This document shows positions 26,816-39,009 of a DNA stretch of 64,000 nt, in pieces. The position numbers and the translations under genes are program-made. The first letter of the stretch is position 1, and each line of letters begins with the position of its first letter. The stretch is from Lytechinus pictus (taxonomy: Eukaryota), in assembly GCF_037042905.1 (NCBI RefSeq), contig NC_087252.1, forward strand, positions 12,898,001 through 12,962,000, written 5' to 3'. The notes beneath the pieces are model-generated. The model saw only the letters and a list, made by a program, of their open reading frames with translations. It did not search any database and was not told the DNA's origin.

Positions 26816-28255
26816 GTAAGATTTTTGTTTAACACAATGATGCATGATGTTCTCATGATGTCGCATGTTTGACTCTTGAATATATTTGTTTAGTTTGGTT
26901 AATATTCATTAATCTATTAATGCACAAGTATTTATTAATCAACCATTTGATAAACTTTGCACATATTCTAAGGTGTCGAGGTTTTGGAATAATAATAATA
27001 AAGCAAAAATTTGTAGGCCCCGGTGCGCAGATATGGGACCCTCTTCATACACGCAAATTTAGACATTCATGCCTCTGCCCATTGTAGATGGTTACCGGAG
27101 GACCTGGCGTAGGCCTACAAATGCCCCCCCCCCCCCTGCCATGGGCCCTTTCCTGAATTAATCTTTACGTTCAATCACTGGCGTAGAGGGGGGTATTGGT
27201 TCCACATCAAGGGAAATACAAAAAAATAGAGGAGGTAACAAAATTAAATGAATGAAAACAATGGAATGTGTTATAGTTGAATATGATGTAAAAAATCTAT
27301 CAAATAATTAGAATTTCATTTCAAAAGGCCAAATTTCTGGCGACTGTAAATTTCCCCACATTTCCCATGTTGTGCCCCCTCAAAATATTTAGTTTATGAC
27401 GCAACAGCGTTGATTAATGTGTGGTGAAAAAGCTTTATATAAATATACCCGCGATTTGATTAAAAAACTACAACCAAGAATGAAAAAGAAAAGGAGGAAA
27501 GAAATGCAAAGGAAAAGTGTAAGATATGATGTTATTTTCTGAATATTATGTCAAAAGCGATTTCAAAGTAAGAGTCTCATTAAAAGGTGATTATTTTTCT
27601 CGCTAGCCACATGTGCCATACTGTGCTCCCATAGAGCTTCTTCTAATGCTCGTGCACAATAAAAAAAATCTTTTCCACAGTAGCGTACAACCCCACCTCC
27701 TCTCCTCCCTCCCCCCCCCAAAAAAAAAAAAATTAATAAATAAAAGAAAAAAGGAAAGGAAATGAAAGAGAGAAGGGTGAAATATTTTTTTAACATTATG
27801 TAAAAATATTTCACAAAATTTGAGATTTTAGAGAAAATTGCAACTTAAAAAAAATAAATTCTGCCCAATACGCCATATCTGGCCCCCTTAAAATATTTGC
27901 CTCATTATACCACTGCCGTATCATGATATGACAAGAAAATTTGTGGCTCTTGCCCCCTGGACACCAGCCCCTGTTATGCCCCTGATTATAACTAAAGGAA
28001 CTACTGATGGATCAACTTTAAACCTAGTTCAACTTCGCGTATAGGAGTGACGATCGCGTCAGAGAAAAAGGAAAATCAGTAGGTACCCTCCCTTGAATCA
28101 ATGTTAGATTGTCAATCACGTTCATTCATTTTTGTCAGTCAGCAATATAAAATTCAAAAGTTGAGAATGTGTTAGCTGGAATGAATATAATTTGCCTGCC
28201 AGTTGTAATTAGGCCTGTGTAACCGAGAAAAGGCGCCGCTTTTATGACGGCGGCG

Positions 28256-30255
28256 CACAGTGGGCCAGGAGAGAGCAAAAGTGCGCCAAAACTGGTTTTT
28301 GGTCATGAAACAAATTTTGTTTTTTTCATGTTCTAAGCAAAGATAAGAACCTGTAGAATGCCTCCGTACAATATTTCTCCATTAAATTGAATATTAGTTG
28401 CCCATTTTTATTCAATGTTACCGGAAAATGACTCTTTACGGCTACCGCATGTGTAAATGACACGTTTTAGATATTTCACTGTTTTGACAAAACGGATTGC
28501 TTAATTTATTTCTAATTCACGGTGCTTTTTGATGAATAATTGTTTTAAGTGATCAGAGATTTTCAAGATAAAATGATAATCCCTTCAGAGGCAATTTTGG
28601 ACGAAACCATTTGACAATGGGGGTGTTTTAGCATTTTTTTTCATGAGCATTTCTTTTACAAATTGCTGCCGATTGCTGCGCTGTAAATACCATGGCGGTC
28701 TTTGTTATATGTCATGCTTTACACTGATACCAAATTTAGCTGCATATACGTGCATTTTCTGGAGATATAACCAATTTTTCAACCACATGTTCGCCGTATT
28801 TATCACAAAAATCGGTCCAAGTTACTGTCCCATTATATGCGCGTGCATGCCGAACGTTGCGGGTGACATTAAACATCAAACTCCCCGTCGCGTTCTGGGA
28901 GAGAGAGAGAGAGAGGGGGGGGGTGTCTAGCTGGCTCAAGTGTGTGGCTCTTGTGACTGGTGTCTACCTTTAAAATATTTTCGTTAAACATACGTAAAGG
29001 CAAGCTTTCATTTCCAATTCCACTAACTATATAATAATACATGTAACGCAACTTCATTTTGATGCCAAACTGTTCCATCCCGTGTTCCATATTTGATATG
29101 CTGTCATACTGAGAAGATTAATTCTTAAGGTAAGATTCCCGGGTAAGATTATATATTTGGTTTGTTGTTCATAAACCAAGTAGAGGCTACTGTATATCGC
29201 TATAACACACATGACTAGGGATGTGATAGGTCTCTCGCAGTTTTCTGACAAAATATGAAAATGTGTATAGGACACAGATGGGATATACGTGGGCTCTATT
29301 ACATGTATAAATTGCATTATCATTATTAGTATTTATCCCCCAAAAGGGTTTGTAACTTCACATACACGTATGAATTCGTTTATCTCTTGGCTCATTCTAA
29401 ATTTGCTATAATTGTTGGTATCGATCAAGAAGGAAGTGTATATTATTATTTCAATGATTGTTTGGTTTATGATTCTCATTGACTTTATATGTATTCCACA
29501 TGCTAATGGTAGCATGTGACATTGTGATTAGGAGCAACTTTTTAAGAGTACAACAATCACAGCCTCTTCCCCCTGATGTTCAAAGTATGCTAAAAAGATC
29601 TTCTCACCAAAGACACAATAGTTGTTGAGATAGTAGAGAGAGACTCTGATTCGGAATAACTTTGTATACGCCGTTCTTGGTAGGCCTTGTAGGGCCTTGT
29701 ACTGATTAACCTGCAGAGGACCCGGCCTCTAATCACTGGAATCATTATTTTAAAGAGTTCACTGTCCACTTCTGGTATCAATCCATTTTAATTCATGTAG
29801 GTGTGGTTAATCATTGTACACAGGGAATAAAAATACTCCTTTTCATTTTTTTTTTACAATTTCACTTTGAATTTTACAATTCCGGATTCATGGTAGGACG
29901 CCCTCTTTAAGCGATGCTCAGGTCACCAATTGAATTATTTGTACCCCGAGCACAGACTTTTCTGGTTTGGTTGCCTGTTTGTGTGTTTGCTGTTTGCTGA
30001 TATGCTTAATTATTGCTGAAATTTATCTAAAACTAGTTTCTGAAAATTTGAAACTTATTGTAGAATTAGAAACATGTAATTTCTGCTCAAATGTTAACAG
30101 CCAATCAGAAAACAGTATTTTAACGACGTCATCAATATTTGAAAATACTTTTATTGAATTCTACGGGTGAAATTACCCCTATCTACCAAATTTAATCATA
30201 CAAATGTGTGAATAATGGGTTTTGGCGCACTTTGGGTTCATTCTGGCCCACTGTG
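28256..30255 (+). mobile_element. Non-autonomous Transib derivative
   Basis: ~40-bp TIRs starting CACAGTGGGCCAG, 5-bp GC-rich TSD CGGCG; Transib-like transposase C-terminal remnant at 29488-29659. Confidence 0.85.
29488..29659 (+). pseudogene. Transib transposase C-terminal remnant
   Basis: YVFHMLMVACDIVIRSNFLRVQQSQPLPPDVQSMLK (frameshift) DLLTKDTIVVEIVERDSDSE*; resembles the DVFHxLLxxSDPxISS...LPxxVxxLL tail of Transib transposases (from memory). Confidence 0.55.
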
Positions 30256-30425
30256 CGGCGGTGTCAGCATTGACATCTTAAGCGAAGATTTAAGGTTTTG
30301 AAATGACATCATAACTCATAAAGTATAACCTAGTTCATGAAACTAGGACATAAGGTTTATCAAGTACTCCTCAACATCCTGCCTGAGTTCAAGTCACAGG
30401 ACTAAGGTCAAAGGTCAGTTATGGT

Positions 30426-31837
30426 CAGTGGCGTACCGTGGGTCACGGCATTGTGGGGGCACCAGCAAAAATTATGAGTCACTTATAGAGCGCGCGAAGC
30501 GCGCTCAGTTGCTAGGTATACTGACATAATAGGGACATTTAAAGGACAGTGTCATTAAACGGATATGTATCTCACTGATCACATAATGCGAGCGCGAAGC
30601 GCGAGCTGAAATTTTTGTATATATTGACCCCAAACGGACATTTTAAGGACTATATTTTAGGAATGCATTAAGAGTATACATATCTCACCATAGTCATCTA
30701 ATGCGAGTACAAAGCGCTTGCTGATATTGTTAGAATAATATACATCTAAACACATGAAGCACTTGTAGTCATTGTAATCATGATTAACATACGCATCTCA
30801 CTAATCAAATATTGCCAGCGCGAAGCGCGAGCTGAAAATTTAGGAAAGTCAGACCTGAAGAGGGATATTTCAAGGCTTGTTTGTAGGAATTCACGTAGAT
30901 CATACGTAGTTCACTAACCAAATGATGCGAGCGCGAAGCGCGAGCTGAAATTTTTGTATATATTGACCCAAAAGAGGGATAAGGACTATTTATTTTTTTA
31001 AAGGATTCCATTAAGAGTACAGATATCTCACCATAGTCATCTAATGCGAGTGCCAAGCGAATGCTGATTTTGTTAGAATTACATCTAAACACATGAATCA
31101 CTTTTTGTAGTCATTGTTATCATGATTATCATACGCATCTCAGAAATCAAATATTGCGAGCGCGAAGCGCGAGCTGAAAATTTAGGAAATTCAGACCTGA
31201 AGAGGGGCATTCTAAGGCCTGCTTTTAGGAACTCACGAAGACCATGCGTATTTCACTAACCAAATGATGCGAGCGCGAAGCGCAAGCTGAAATTTTTTAC
31301 ATTCAGATCAGAAAAAGGGACATTTTAAGGACTGATTTGAGAAAATTCATGAAGAACAGACATATCTCACCAATCCACGAATGCGAACGTAAGTACGGAC
31401 AGGAAATGGTTTATATTAAGACCTTAAAATCGGGCAATCACTTTAAGTAGTCATGGAAAAAAAAGTATATGTCACTACATAAAACAATAATAATTCGAAG
31501 TCTAAGAAAATATATTTGGTGTATATTGACTTGAAAACGGGAGGTTTTAGTACAAGAAGATTATATATATTGTTAAACAGACAATGCGAGCACCAGGAAC
31601 AATGAAGACTAGGCCCTGTGCAAATTATGTTTCATAAAGTTATAATTTATTTATGTAATATAACATAAGATAATCATAATATAATATAACATTATAATTA
31701 ACAATAATTTATTCTTTCCCACTACGTTTCTTTCCCTTTCTCCCTCTTTTTCTCCTTTTCCCCGTTTTTTTTTTTTTTTTTTGGCTAGCCGATTGGGGGG
31801 GCACGTGCCCCCCAGGCCCCCCGTAGTTACGCCACTG
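30426..31837. mobile_element. hAT-like non-autonomous element with internal tandem repeats
   Basis: TIR CAGTGGCGTA / TACGCCACTG, 8-bp TSD GTTATGGT; repeated gcgagcgcgaagcgcgagctgaaa units. Confidence 0.9.
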
Positions 31838-32443
31838 GTTATGGTCAATGAACCTAGACTATGATTGGTGATTGGCATTGGAATCTCAACATGAAGTTAA
31901 GTTTTTGAAATGTCAGCACATCTTAGAAAGTATATGAACCTACTTCATGAAACTTGGACATAACTTGAATGAAGGATCACTGAACATCCTGCCCTAATTT
32001 CAGGTTGCATGACCAAAGTCAAAATTCATTTAGGGTCAGTTAACTTGGGCCATGTTTGGGGTATTTGTTGATTTCCATCATAACTTTGAAAGGTTGTGGA
32101 TCTGGTTCATGAAACTCGGACATAAGAGTAATCAAGTATCACTGAACATCCTTTGAGAGTTTCTGGTCACTTGGCTAAGGTCAGAGATCATTAGGGTTAA
32201 TGAACGAAACATTAACTAAGGCTTAGTTTTTGAAATGCCATAGCTTCGAAAGTATATAGATATAATTCATAGAACCTGGACATAAAAGTAATCAAGCATC
32301 AGTAAACACCCTGCTTATGTTTCAGTTAACATGACCAAGGTCAATGAACTTTGTGGCCGTGTTAGCGGTAATTGTAATTATAATTGGTATAGCGTCGAAA
32401 ATATGTCGGTCAGTCGGATCGAGGTCGCCCTAGCCACTAACCC

Positions 32444-32515
32444 GTCTCTGTGGTCTAGTGGTTAAGGCACCGGCGTTCAAAGCTGGAGGCCCGGGTTCGA
32501 TTCCCGGCAGAGACC
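32444..32515 (+). tRNA. tRNA-like gene with TCA anticodon (opal-suppressor-like cloverleaf, or tRNA-derived repeat head)
   Basis: Acceptor GTCTCTG/CAGAGAC, D stem GTCT/AGGC, anticodon stem CCGGC/GCTGG with loop GTTCAAA (TCA at 32477-32479), 4-nt variable loop, T stem CCGGG/CCCGG with TTCGATT loop; A and B boxes intact. Confidence 0.7.
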
Positions 32516-32521
32516 TTTTTT
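32516..32521 (+). terminator. RNA polymerase III terminator (T6)
   Basis: TTTTTT immediately after the discriminator base of the tRNA-like sequence. Confidence 0.55.
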
Positions 32522-33197
32522 CGGCATCACCAATTTTTCCAAAGGGTAGATAGCTCTGGGGAACCTTGATTTAATCTACGCCTACCATTGTTCTCTTCAT
32601 CCATTTCTGTCACACAATATATGTATATATATATATAACGTAATAAGGCTGTCAAAAACGCTAAAATAATTAAAAGGGGTATCTATTTACCCTAGGAAAG
32701 CTACGTGTTTAGGGTCGAATTTGCGAGGGTGAAAAAAAATTAAGACTAAAATGTTTTATAAGGGATGTACTTTTTGCCCCAAGAGTCATCACTACGTGCT
32801 TAGAGTACAATTTGCGCGAGATGTGGGAGGTGGGGCTGTACTGAAGCCCAGTGATGAAGGTAAAGGTAAAACCGACGACCGACGTCCGTGACATAACAAT
32901 AAAAATATCGTTGTACTTGTTTAGGGGGTCAATTCAGGGAATACTTGGCAAGAGTATCGTTTTGTTTCCAATACTTGTTAAGGGTAGGGTTTTACACACC
33001 AATACTTGTTAAGGGGTGCATTTTCAGAATATGGAAAAAGCGTGTTTAGGGTGCTTTTCGAGACCCCATGGTCGCGCATGGTATCCACTTGTCAATGGAA
33101 GTTCCCCCCCCCCCCGGGGGCCCTCCTGAATATGAAATTAGAGAATCGATCTTAATTACCTTATGAAAAATACTTTGATGCTCCCTCTTCTTGACTT

Positions 33198-33620
33198 TTT
33201 TTATACGCCCGCCCGTAGGACGGGACGTATTGTGGTTTCACGCTCGGTATCCGTCCGCCCGTCAGTCAGTCCGTCCTTTAACTTTTCCTTTTAAACACGA
33301 TAACTTCTCCTTTTAAACACGATAACTTCAGTTTAACTTAATGTAGGTTCATATAATTTGGTGTGAATGATACTATTATGGGTCCCAGGAATTATTCTAT
33401 TTTGAGGTCAAAGATCAAGGTCACAGTAACATGTTTTTATCTTACCCTTCTGCAGTCCTTGTAAACGTGATAACTTTTTCTTTAACTTAACCAAGGCCCA
33501 TGTAATGTGGTGTGTATCATACTATCATAGATCCCAGGAAGCCTATTGATTTTGCGGTCCAAAGGTCCATTTTCTACGTTAGAGGCTGATATATTATATG
33601 CTTGCCCCTGCGACACTCTT
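33198..33620 (+). repeat. HINE-like repeat with (gtcc) microsatellite head
   Basis: tttttatacgcccg..cgggacgtat..gtccgtcc head, homologous to 39292-39850. Confidence 0.6.
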
Positions 33621-33767
33621 GTCATTTGTTTTAATTTTATGTATGTTTTCTCAATTTTGACAATGTATGGATTTGAGAATCTCATCCTATCGTCTTCTTT
33701 ATTAAGTTATATCTTGAATTTACAAATAGAGATATCGTAACGCATTATTTTTTTTTGTTGTTTGCAG

Positions 33768-33823
33768 CCGAAGATGTATTAGCAGAAAGCATAGCAAATA
33801 GTAAACCACGAGCCCTGCAGGAG
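33768..33823 (+). CDS. Roco-like gene, exon C (micro-exon)
   Basis: poly-T...tttgcag| acceptor, gag|gtaaga donor; 56 nt, phase 1->0: (A)EDVLAESIANSKPRALQE. Confidence 0.8.
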
Positions 33824-35064
33824 GTAAGATAATTTTTTTTTATCTATGTATTATTGATTATAGCAAGACGATAAACCGGATATCGTACGATTATTCGTAG
33901 AGTATCCTATGGATATCGTATGATGCCTGGGCGATTGTCAGCTGGTATACTTTCTCTCTTTGCATTTCCTTGTGTTGTGTTATATTCTGTATTTTCCAAA
34001 TGCGCTGAAAGTTGTACATGCAAAATGACGCAGTTTATAAAGATCCCCCGATGCATTGGTGAAAACTGACCGATGTCTGGCTGATGTCAATCACATTGGC
34101 ATCGATCATACATTGATTATACATCGATGCATGCGGGCTGGACATCGGTCGGTCCATACAGACATCAGTCAATAATCGGCAGATGTCTGCTCCCAATGAC
34201 TTGACACCCAATGTTAGGGACACCGGTCGATTCACAGCCTTACTTTGGACGATCAGTGGAAACATCGGAAAAATTTAACTCCTATTTATATTTTTCCAAT
34301 TACCTCGACATGTACGATGACCTCTGATGTCCGGGCGGCAACAAATGCAAAAAAAAATCCATCCATAGGTATTAGTCTTATTTATATCACAGAGGTTAAC
34401 ACGAAGCTGGACAATAACGTCAGCCTGTTTAAAAACAAATGACTGCAAGCGTTTGATTTTTTTTCCTAAACATGTTCAATTGAATGTCTTAATCACCAAA
34501 AAATGTTCATTCTGTTGTGGAAAATTGCTCACTAATTTTATTTCAGGAAGTAGAGCCCGGGGGGCAGAAATATTAGCTATGGAGGGCACATGATAAGCTA
34601 AAATGTAAGCATACCAAAGCGAAGATTAAAGAAAAGTGAGATGAACATAACAGATTTGATTATATTTTAATATAAATCAAGTTTCCAAGCTTACTGTGCA
34701 GATAAAATCCACAATATTTTGAGAAGATGTACCCATCAAAATGTGATTTTCATTCTATTTGAATTTGTTATTTGTTATGTATTTATGTATTATTGTTACC
34801 CCTTTCTATAAGCATCGCTTCTAAGCAGCCTCCGAGCCATCAATGTACTATACTTTTTATCTTACTTTGTGAATCTTTTATCTTGTTTTTGTTTTGAATT
34901 TCGATAGTTTAATAAATGAACTGAATTGAAAAAGAATGAAATTGAAAACAACTTTTTGAAAATTTGTGTTTATCTTTATTCTGATTGGATTCTCGGAAAA
35001 CCCTCTTAACTTAAACCTCTCCTCAAATTTGAATGGGTGTTTAACATGTTCAATGTAATGCTAG

Positions 35065-37878
35065 GGTTCTCACTGCCGATCTGAGCAACTCGATCAAGCC
35101 CGACAAAGCCAAAACAGCAATTTTACCCTGACCATTCCCGACCAAGTGCTTGATCGTGTATCAACATGTTCACTTTCAGATCCGCTGGTCGATCTTATAC
35201 GACCTCTACACGATGATTCACGATCCGTCGAGTAGACTCCTCGACAAACACATCAACCAATACTCGAAAAACTCGATCTCTACACGATCACTACACGATT
35301 ACTACTCGACAGTTCCCGACAAACCAGACCTCTACACGATTTCTACAAGTCTTTGACAAGAATGTACAGTAGTTTGAGATGTTCAAATGATACCCGTATT
35401 CATTTGAATGTAGGGGACATGCAGGCGCGGTTCGAGACGAAGAGTTTCTTTTTTATGTGGGGGTGGCTTCTGGGGGCTTGATAAATTAATTAAAATGACC
35501 AATTGTGGGTAGCCTTATACTGTCAAAGCAGCTTGTCTCCCCCACCCCCGATAGAAAAAAATATGATATCATACGAGGAAGCGTAGCGACCGAGCGAAAA
35601 AAAAAATCACATTTTTTAAATTGCTTGACATATTCATCTTTAACATGCATCAGGGCCTGATGGGTGTTATAGATGTAGATGCGGGCATTTAACTATTAGA
35701 GGGGGAGAAGAGGGGTGGGTACATTGTTAGAAAATTTATCTTTAAAATAAAAGAAGTTCCTGCAGCAGAGTCTCGACAACACCTGTAATCTTACCAGATT
35801 GCGTAATCTTATATTTTATCATGTAAAATTACAGGAAATTGGTATTTGGTGTATGGAACCATACAAATTTTCTTAAATAAAACACCCTTTTTCCCTTTGT
35901 AAACAGACCTGTTCGGTTAAATTGCAGAAAAATTCCTGTTTTATGAATTTGCGAAATGATTCTTTTATTGCTTTTTGCAAAATCTTCTCACTTTTTTTGT
36001 AAAATCAGTTTTTTTTTTAATAGGGCTGGTTATCAGGGTTTGTGTTGTTACTCTCTCCAGTCGTTTTTTAGAGCGATGTTCTCAAATTTTAGATACTTTG
36101 AAAAGTATAATAGAACATGAATGGAGATGGGGTTTAATGTCAATGACACCCCCGAATATTCCGAGGGAATGTGGTGACCATGGAGACAATTCTCGAAGTG
36201 AAACCTTGCATTTAGAGCATTTTAAGAACTTCAACATCATTAAATTACTGAATGTGATACTCGCATGCACACTGGCTGCAAATCAATACTACCTAATGAT
36301 CACTGCCCTGTACAACAAAAAAGTCTAACATTAGAGTATTGTAGAGAATAGAGTCAAATCATTATTTCTATCATGGGACGGGGGCAAGGGGCGATTGTCA
36401 TGAAAACATTAAGACGCAGGAAACACATGGATTTGATCCTGCCCAATATATTTTGACAAAATGAAAAATTTATTAATCCATTGCAAAAATGTTTTTGAAA
36501 AAAAACATGTGAAAGCGCTATAGAACCATCAAATTTGTAATAAAAATATGTTAAACATATAAAATTGTAATTTTCTTGGTGTGCTTCTCTTGCAAAAATC
36601 TGCATTACGATTTGGCGCGAAGAGCGCGCCGAAAATTGTGGACATTGTCTTTACCGCCTCTCGCCATCCAAAACATAGACATCACTCCAGACTCTAAACT
36701 ATATGTTTTACATAGGTTCAGCCTCAATCAGGGAGTATAATAGCGACAGAGCTGTTTTCTAAGAAAAATGTCATACAGAATGAAACAAATTGTGAGCGCT
36801 TTTTACAAAACACGGACAGGTTTAGAGTTAAAACTTAAATTTTATGGCATTAGTATTGTTATATTCGTCATGTTCGTAGTGGGTGAATTATATAGGGAGG
36901 TTAATTTGAAAAAAAAAGGTGCAAGGCAGTTTCCTAAAGTATGTTGTATGAGATCATTGACTTCCTATACTCACACTTTAAGAGAGCATTAATGTATTCT
37001 GCATTTAGATGTTATTTTGCGAAGGAGCGTTTAACAACCAAGCGGGAAAAAAAAATCGAATTTGAATAGTAAAAACTTTCATTTTAGAGCACTTGACGAC
37101 ATGAATAGAATACGGCATTGATCAATACATGTATACGCATATAAGGCCCCCATATAAATCTGGTTGTTGTTTTTTGTATGGTCGTTTTTTTTTTTTTTTT
37201 TTTTTTGGGGGGGGGGGGCTTGAGCGATTTTTTTTTGGGGGGATGGGGGCTTTAGTCCCTAAAGCCTCTCCCCCCTAAAACCGCTTCTGCTTGGATATCT
37301 CCAATGCTTGCTCTACCCTTTCTCTTGTTCAGTGGAAACATAGCTTCAAAATGGCAGAGGTTAACACGTATACTTGAATAATGAACTTATACCTCCTGAT
37401 ATCGGTGATAAAAACAGGCTAAAAAAAATCAGCGACATGTAGGTTTGACAATAATTGTCGAGTGCGGTCGAGATGTGATCGGGACGTGATCCAGTGTGGT
37501 CGGGTATAGGTCGAGCCATGATTGAGTTCACTCGGAGTGATCAATACCTGCCCTGAACCTGATCGTGTATTATCGAGTATGAATCGACTTGATCGAGCAC
37601 TGCAGATTGGGGGGATCATCCCGATCACACTAGATTCATTATTCGACCGGTTCCCGATCGACTCGACCTCTTCTCGACCACTACCCGACATGCTGGAGCT
37701 CGGGCTTCCTACTCGATTTTTTTTGACGTGTCAAAAAATATCGGGTAGGGAGGCGAAGTGAGGTCGATCAAGGTAGATTGACCCCGACACAATTCCCGAC
37801 CTTAGCCGACCACGCCAAAATAGGCCTAAAATAGGGTGATCGAGTTTGATCGAGTTGCTCAGATCGGCAGTGGGAACC
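35065..37878. mobile_element. Harbinger-like TIR element, internally interrupted
   Basis: TIR GGTTCTCACTGCCGATCTGAGCAACTCGATCAA / TTGATCGAGTTGCTCAGATCGGCAGTGGGAACC, 3-bp TSD TAG. Confidence 0.8.
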
Positions 37879-38198
37879 TAGGCGGACTGACGCCAAAATT
37901 GGCGTCGTCAACATTAAATTCCTAACCAATGTTATTTTTTTATGTCACTCTGAACATATGCGGATCCCTTTCATAAAACTTGGGCAAATGGATAATTAAG
38001 TATCAATGATCATCTTAAAGATTAAGGTCGCACGACCAATGTCTGATAGGGTCAGTGGTCTTTGACCAAGTTTAAGTATCAACAGTGAGATCTTAACCAA
38101 GGTTGAGTTTTTGAAATGTCATAACCATTTTTGAATCATACGGACCTGTTTCATGAAAGTTGGAGATAAGGTGTTCTTCTTTCTTATTTTATCGCCAG

Positions 38199-38241
38199 GT
38201 ATCGAAAGGTGAAGAAACAAAAGACTTTGCAGAAAGCACAG
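38199..38241 (+). CDS. Roco-like gene, exon D (micro-exon)
   Basis: ttcttctttcttattttatcgccag| acceptor, cag|gtacat donor; 43 nt, phase 0->1: VSKGEETKDFAEST. Confidence 0.7.
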
Positions 38242-38917
38242 GTACATTCATTCTCATAGCTTTCATTATTTTTATAGTATTGTTTCTAAATACACGCGCC
38301 ATTCGGGGGACGGAGCAGTTTTGAAAGTGGGAAGCTGAGCCAACCAAAGGTGGGGGCCAACTAAGCTATAAAAAAATCACAAATATTGGTAATTTTTATT
38401 TTTTTTCTTTTTTTTAGTTTGTTTTTTGTTTTGAAAAAGAGTAGGAGGACTGAAGCCTTCCCACATCACCCCCTCCCCCGTTTTTGCTTCCCCTGTCATG
38501 GGGTGCAGGTGTCGTCGTAAAACAAATCTGGAATCTGAATTTGCGCAATCAAAAAATAATCCGTAGCAGCTGCCGGGGTGAAAGGGGTATGTCGAGGGTC
38601 ATGTCATATAAGGGATACGGCGCAATGTTCTAGGTAATATCTCATGGGGTAAGAACGCGAGAACAAGGAGGCCCTTACCCTTAATAGAGCAAGGTTATTT
38701 TGGCTCATCTCACAGCCGGAGGCAGATTTGCACCCCCACGAAATCCCGGTCGCCGAACGCAAAGGCACCGCAAAAATTTATGCAGTGCATGATTACGATA
38801 CAATCTACAAGAGTGTATTGTTAAATTTTCTGACATATTAAAACTTTTTATATGAATTTATTATGCTAATATATGCGTTAAAAATGAAACTTGAAACTGC
38901 TAATTCTCTATTCAAAG

Positions 38918-38961
38918 ACTGTTCTTGGTAGGATATTGATCAAAGGTCCCAGCAAAATATG
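38918..38961 (+). pseudogene. Putative dead phase 1->0 micro-exon of the Roco-like gene
   Basis: ctaat branch-like site, ttcaaag| acceptor, atg|gtatcg weak donor; 44 nt reading (D)CSW*DIDQRSQQNM, resembling exon E (DIHQ...NT), with an in-frame TAG. Confidence 0.35.
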
Positions 38962-39009
38962 GTATCGCCATTTTTTCTCATCCATTTATTGTCTTTTCAA
39001 CTCCGTATT

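Larger units (their letters stand above)
28230..32375 (+). repeat. Second copy of the same HINE-like repeat, split by the Transib and hAT insertions
   Basis: Head at 28231, resumes 30256-30425 and 31838-32375 with the same tandem units. Confidence 0.75.

Noticed and set aside
32444..32515. Canonical tRNA-Sec
   Set aside because: Lacks the long variable arm and the extended acceptor and D stems of tRNA-Sec.
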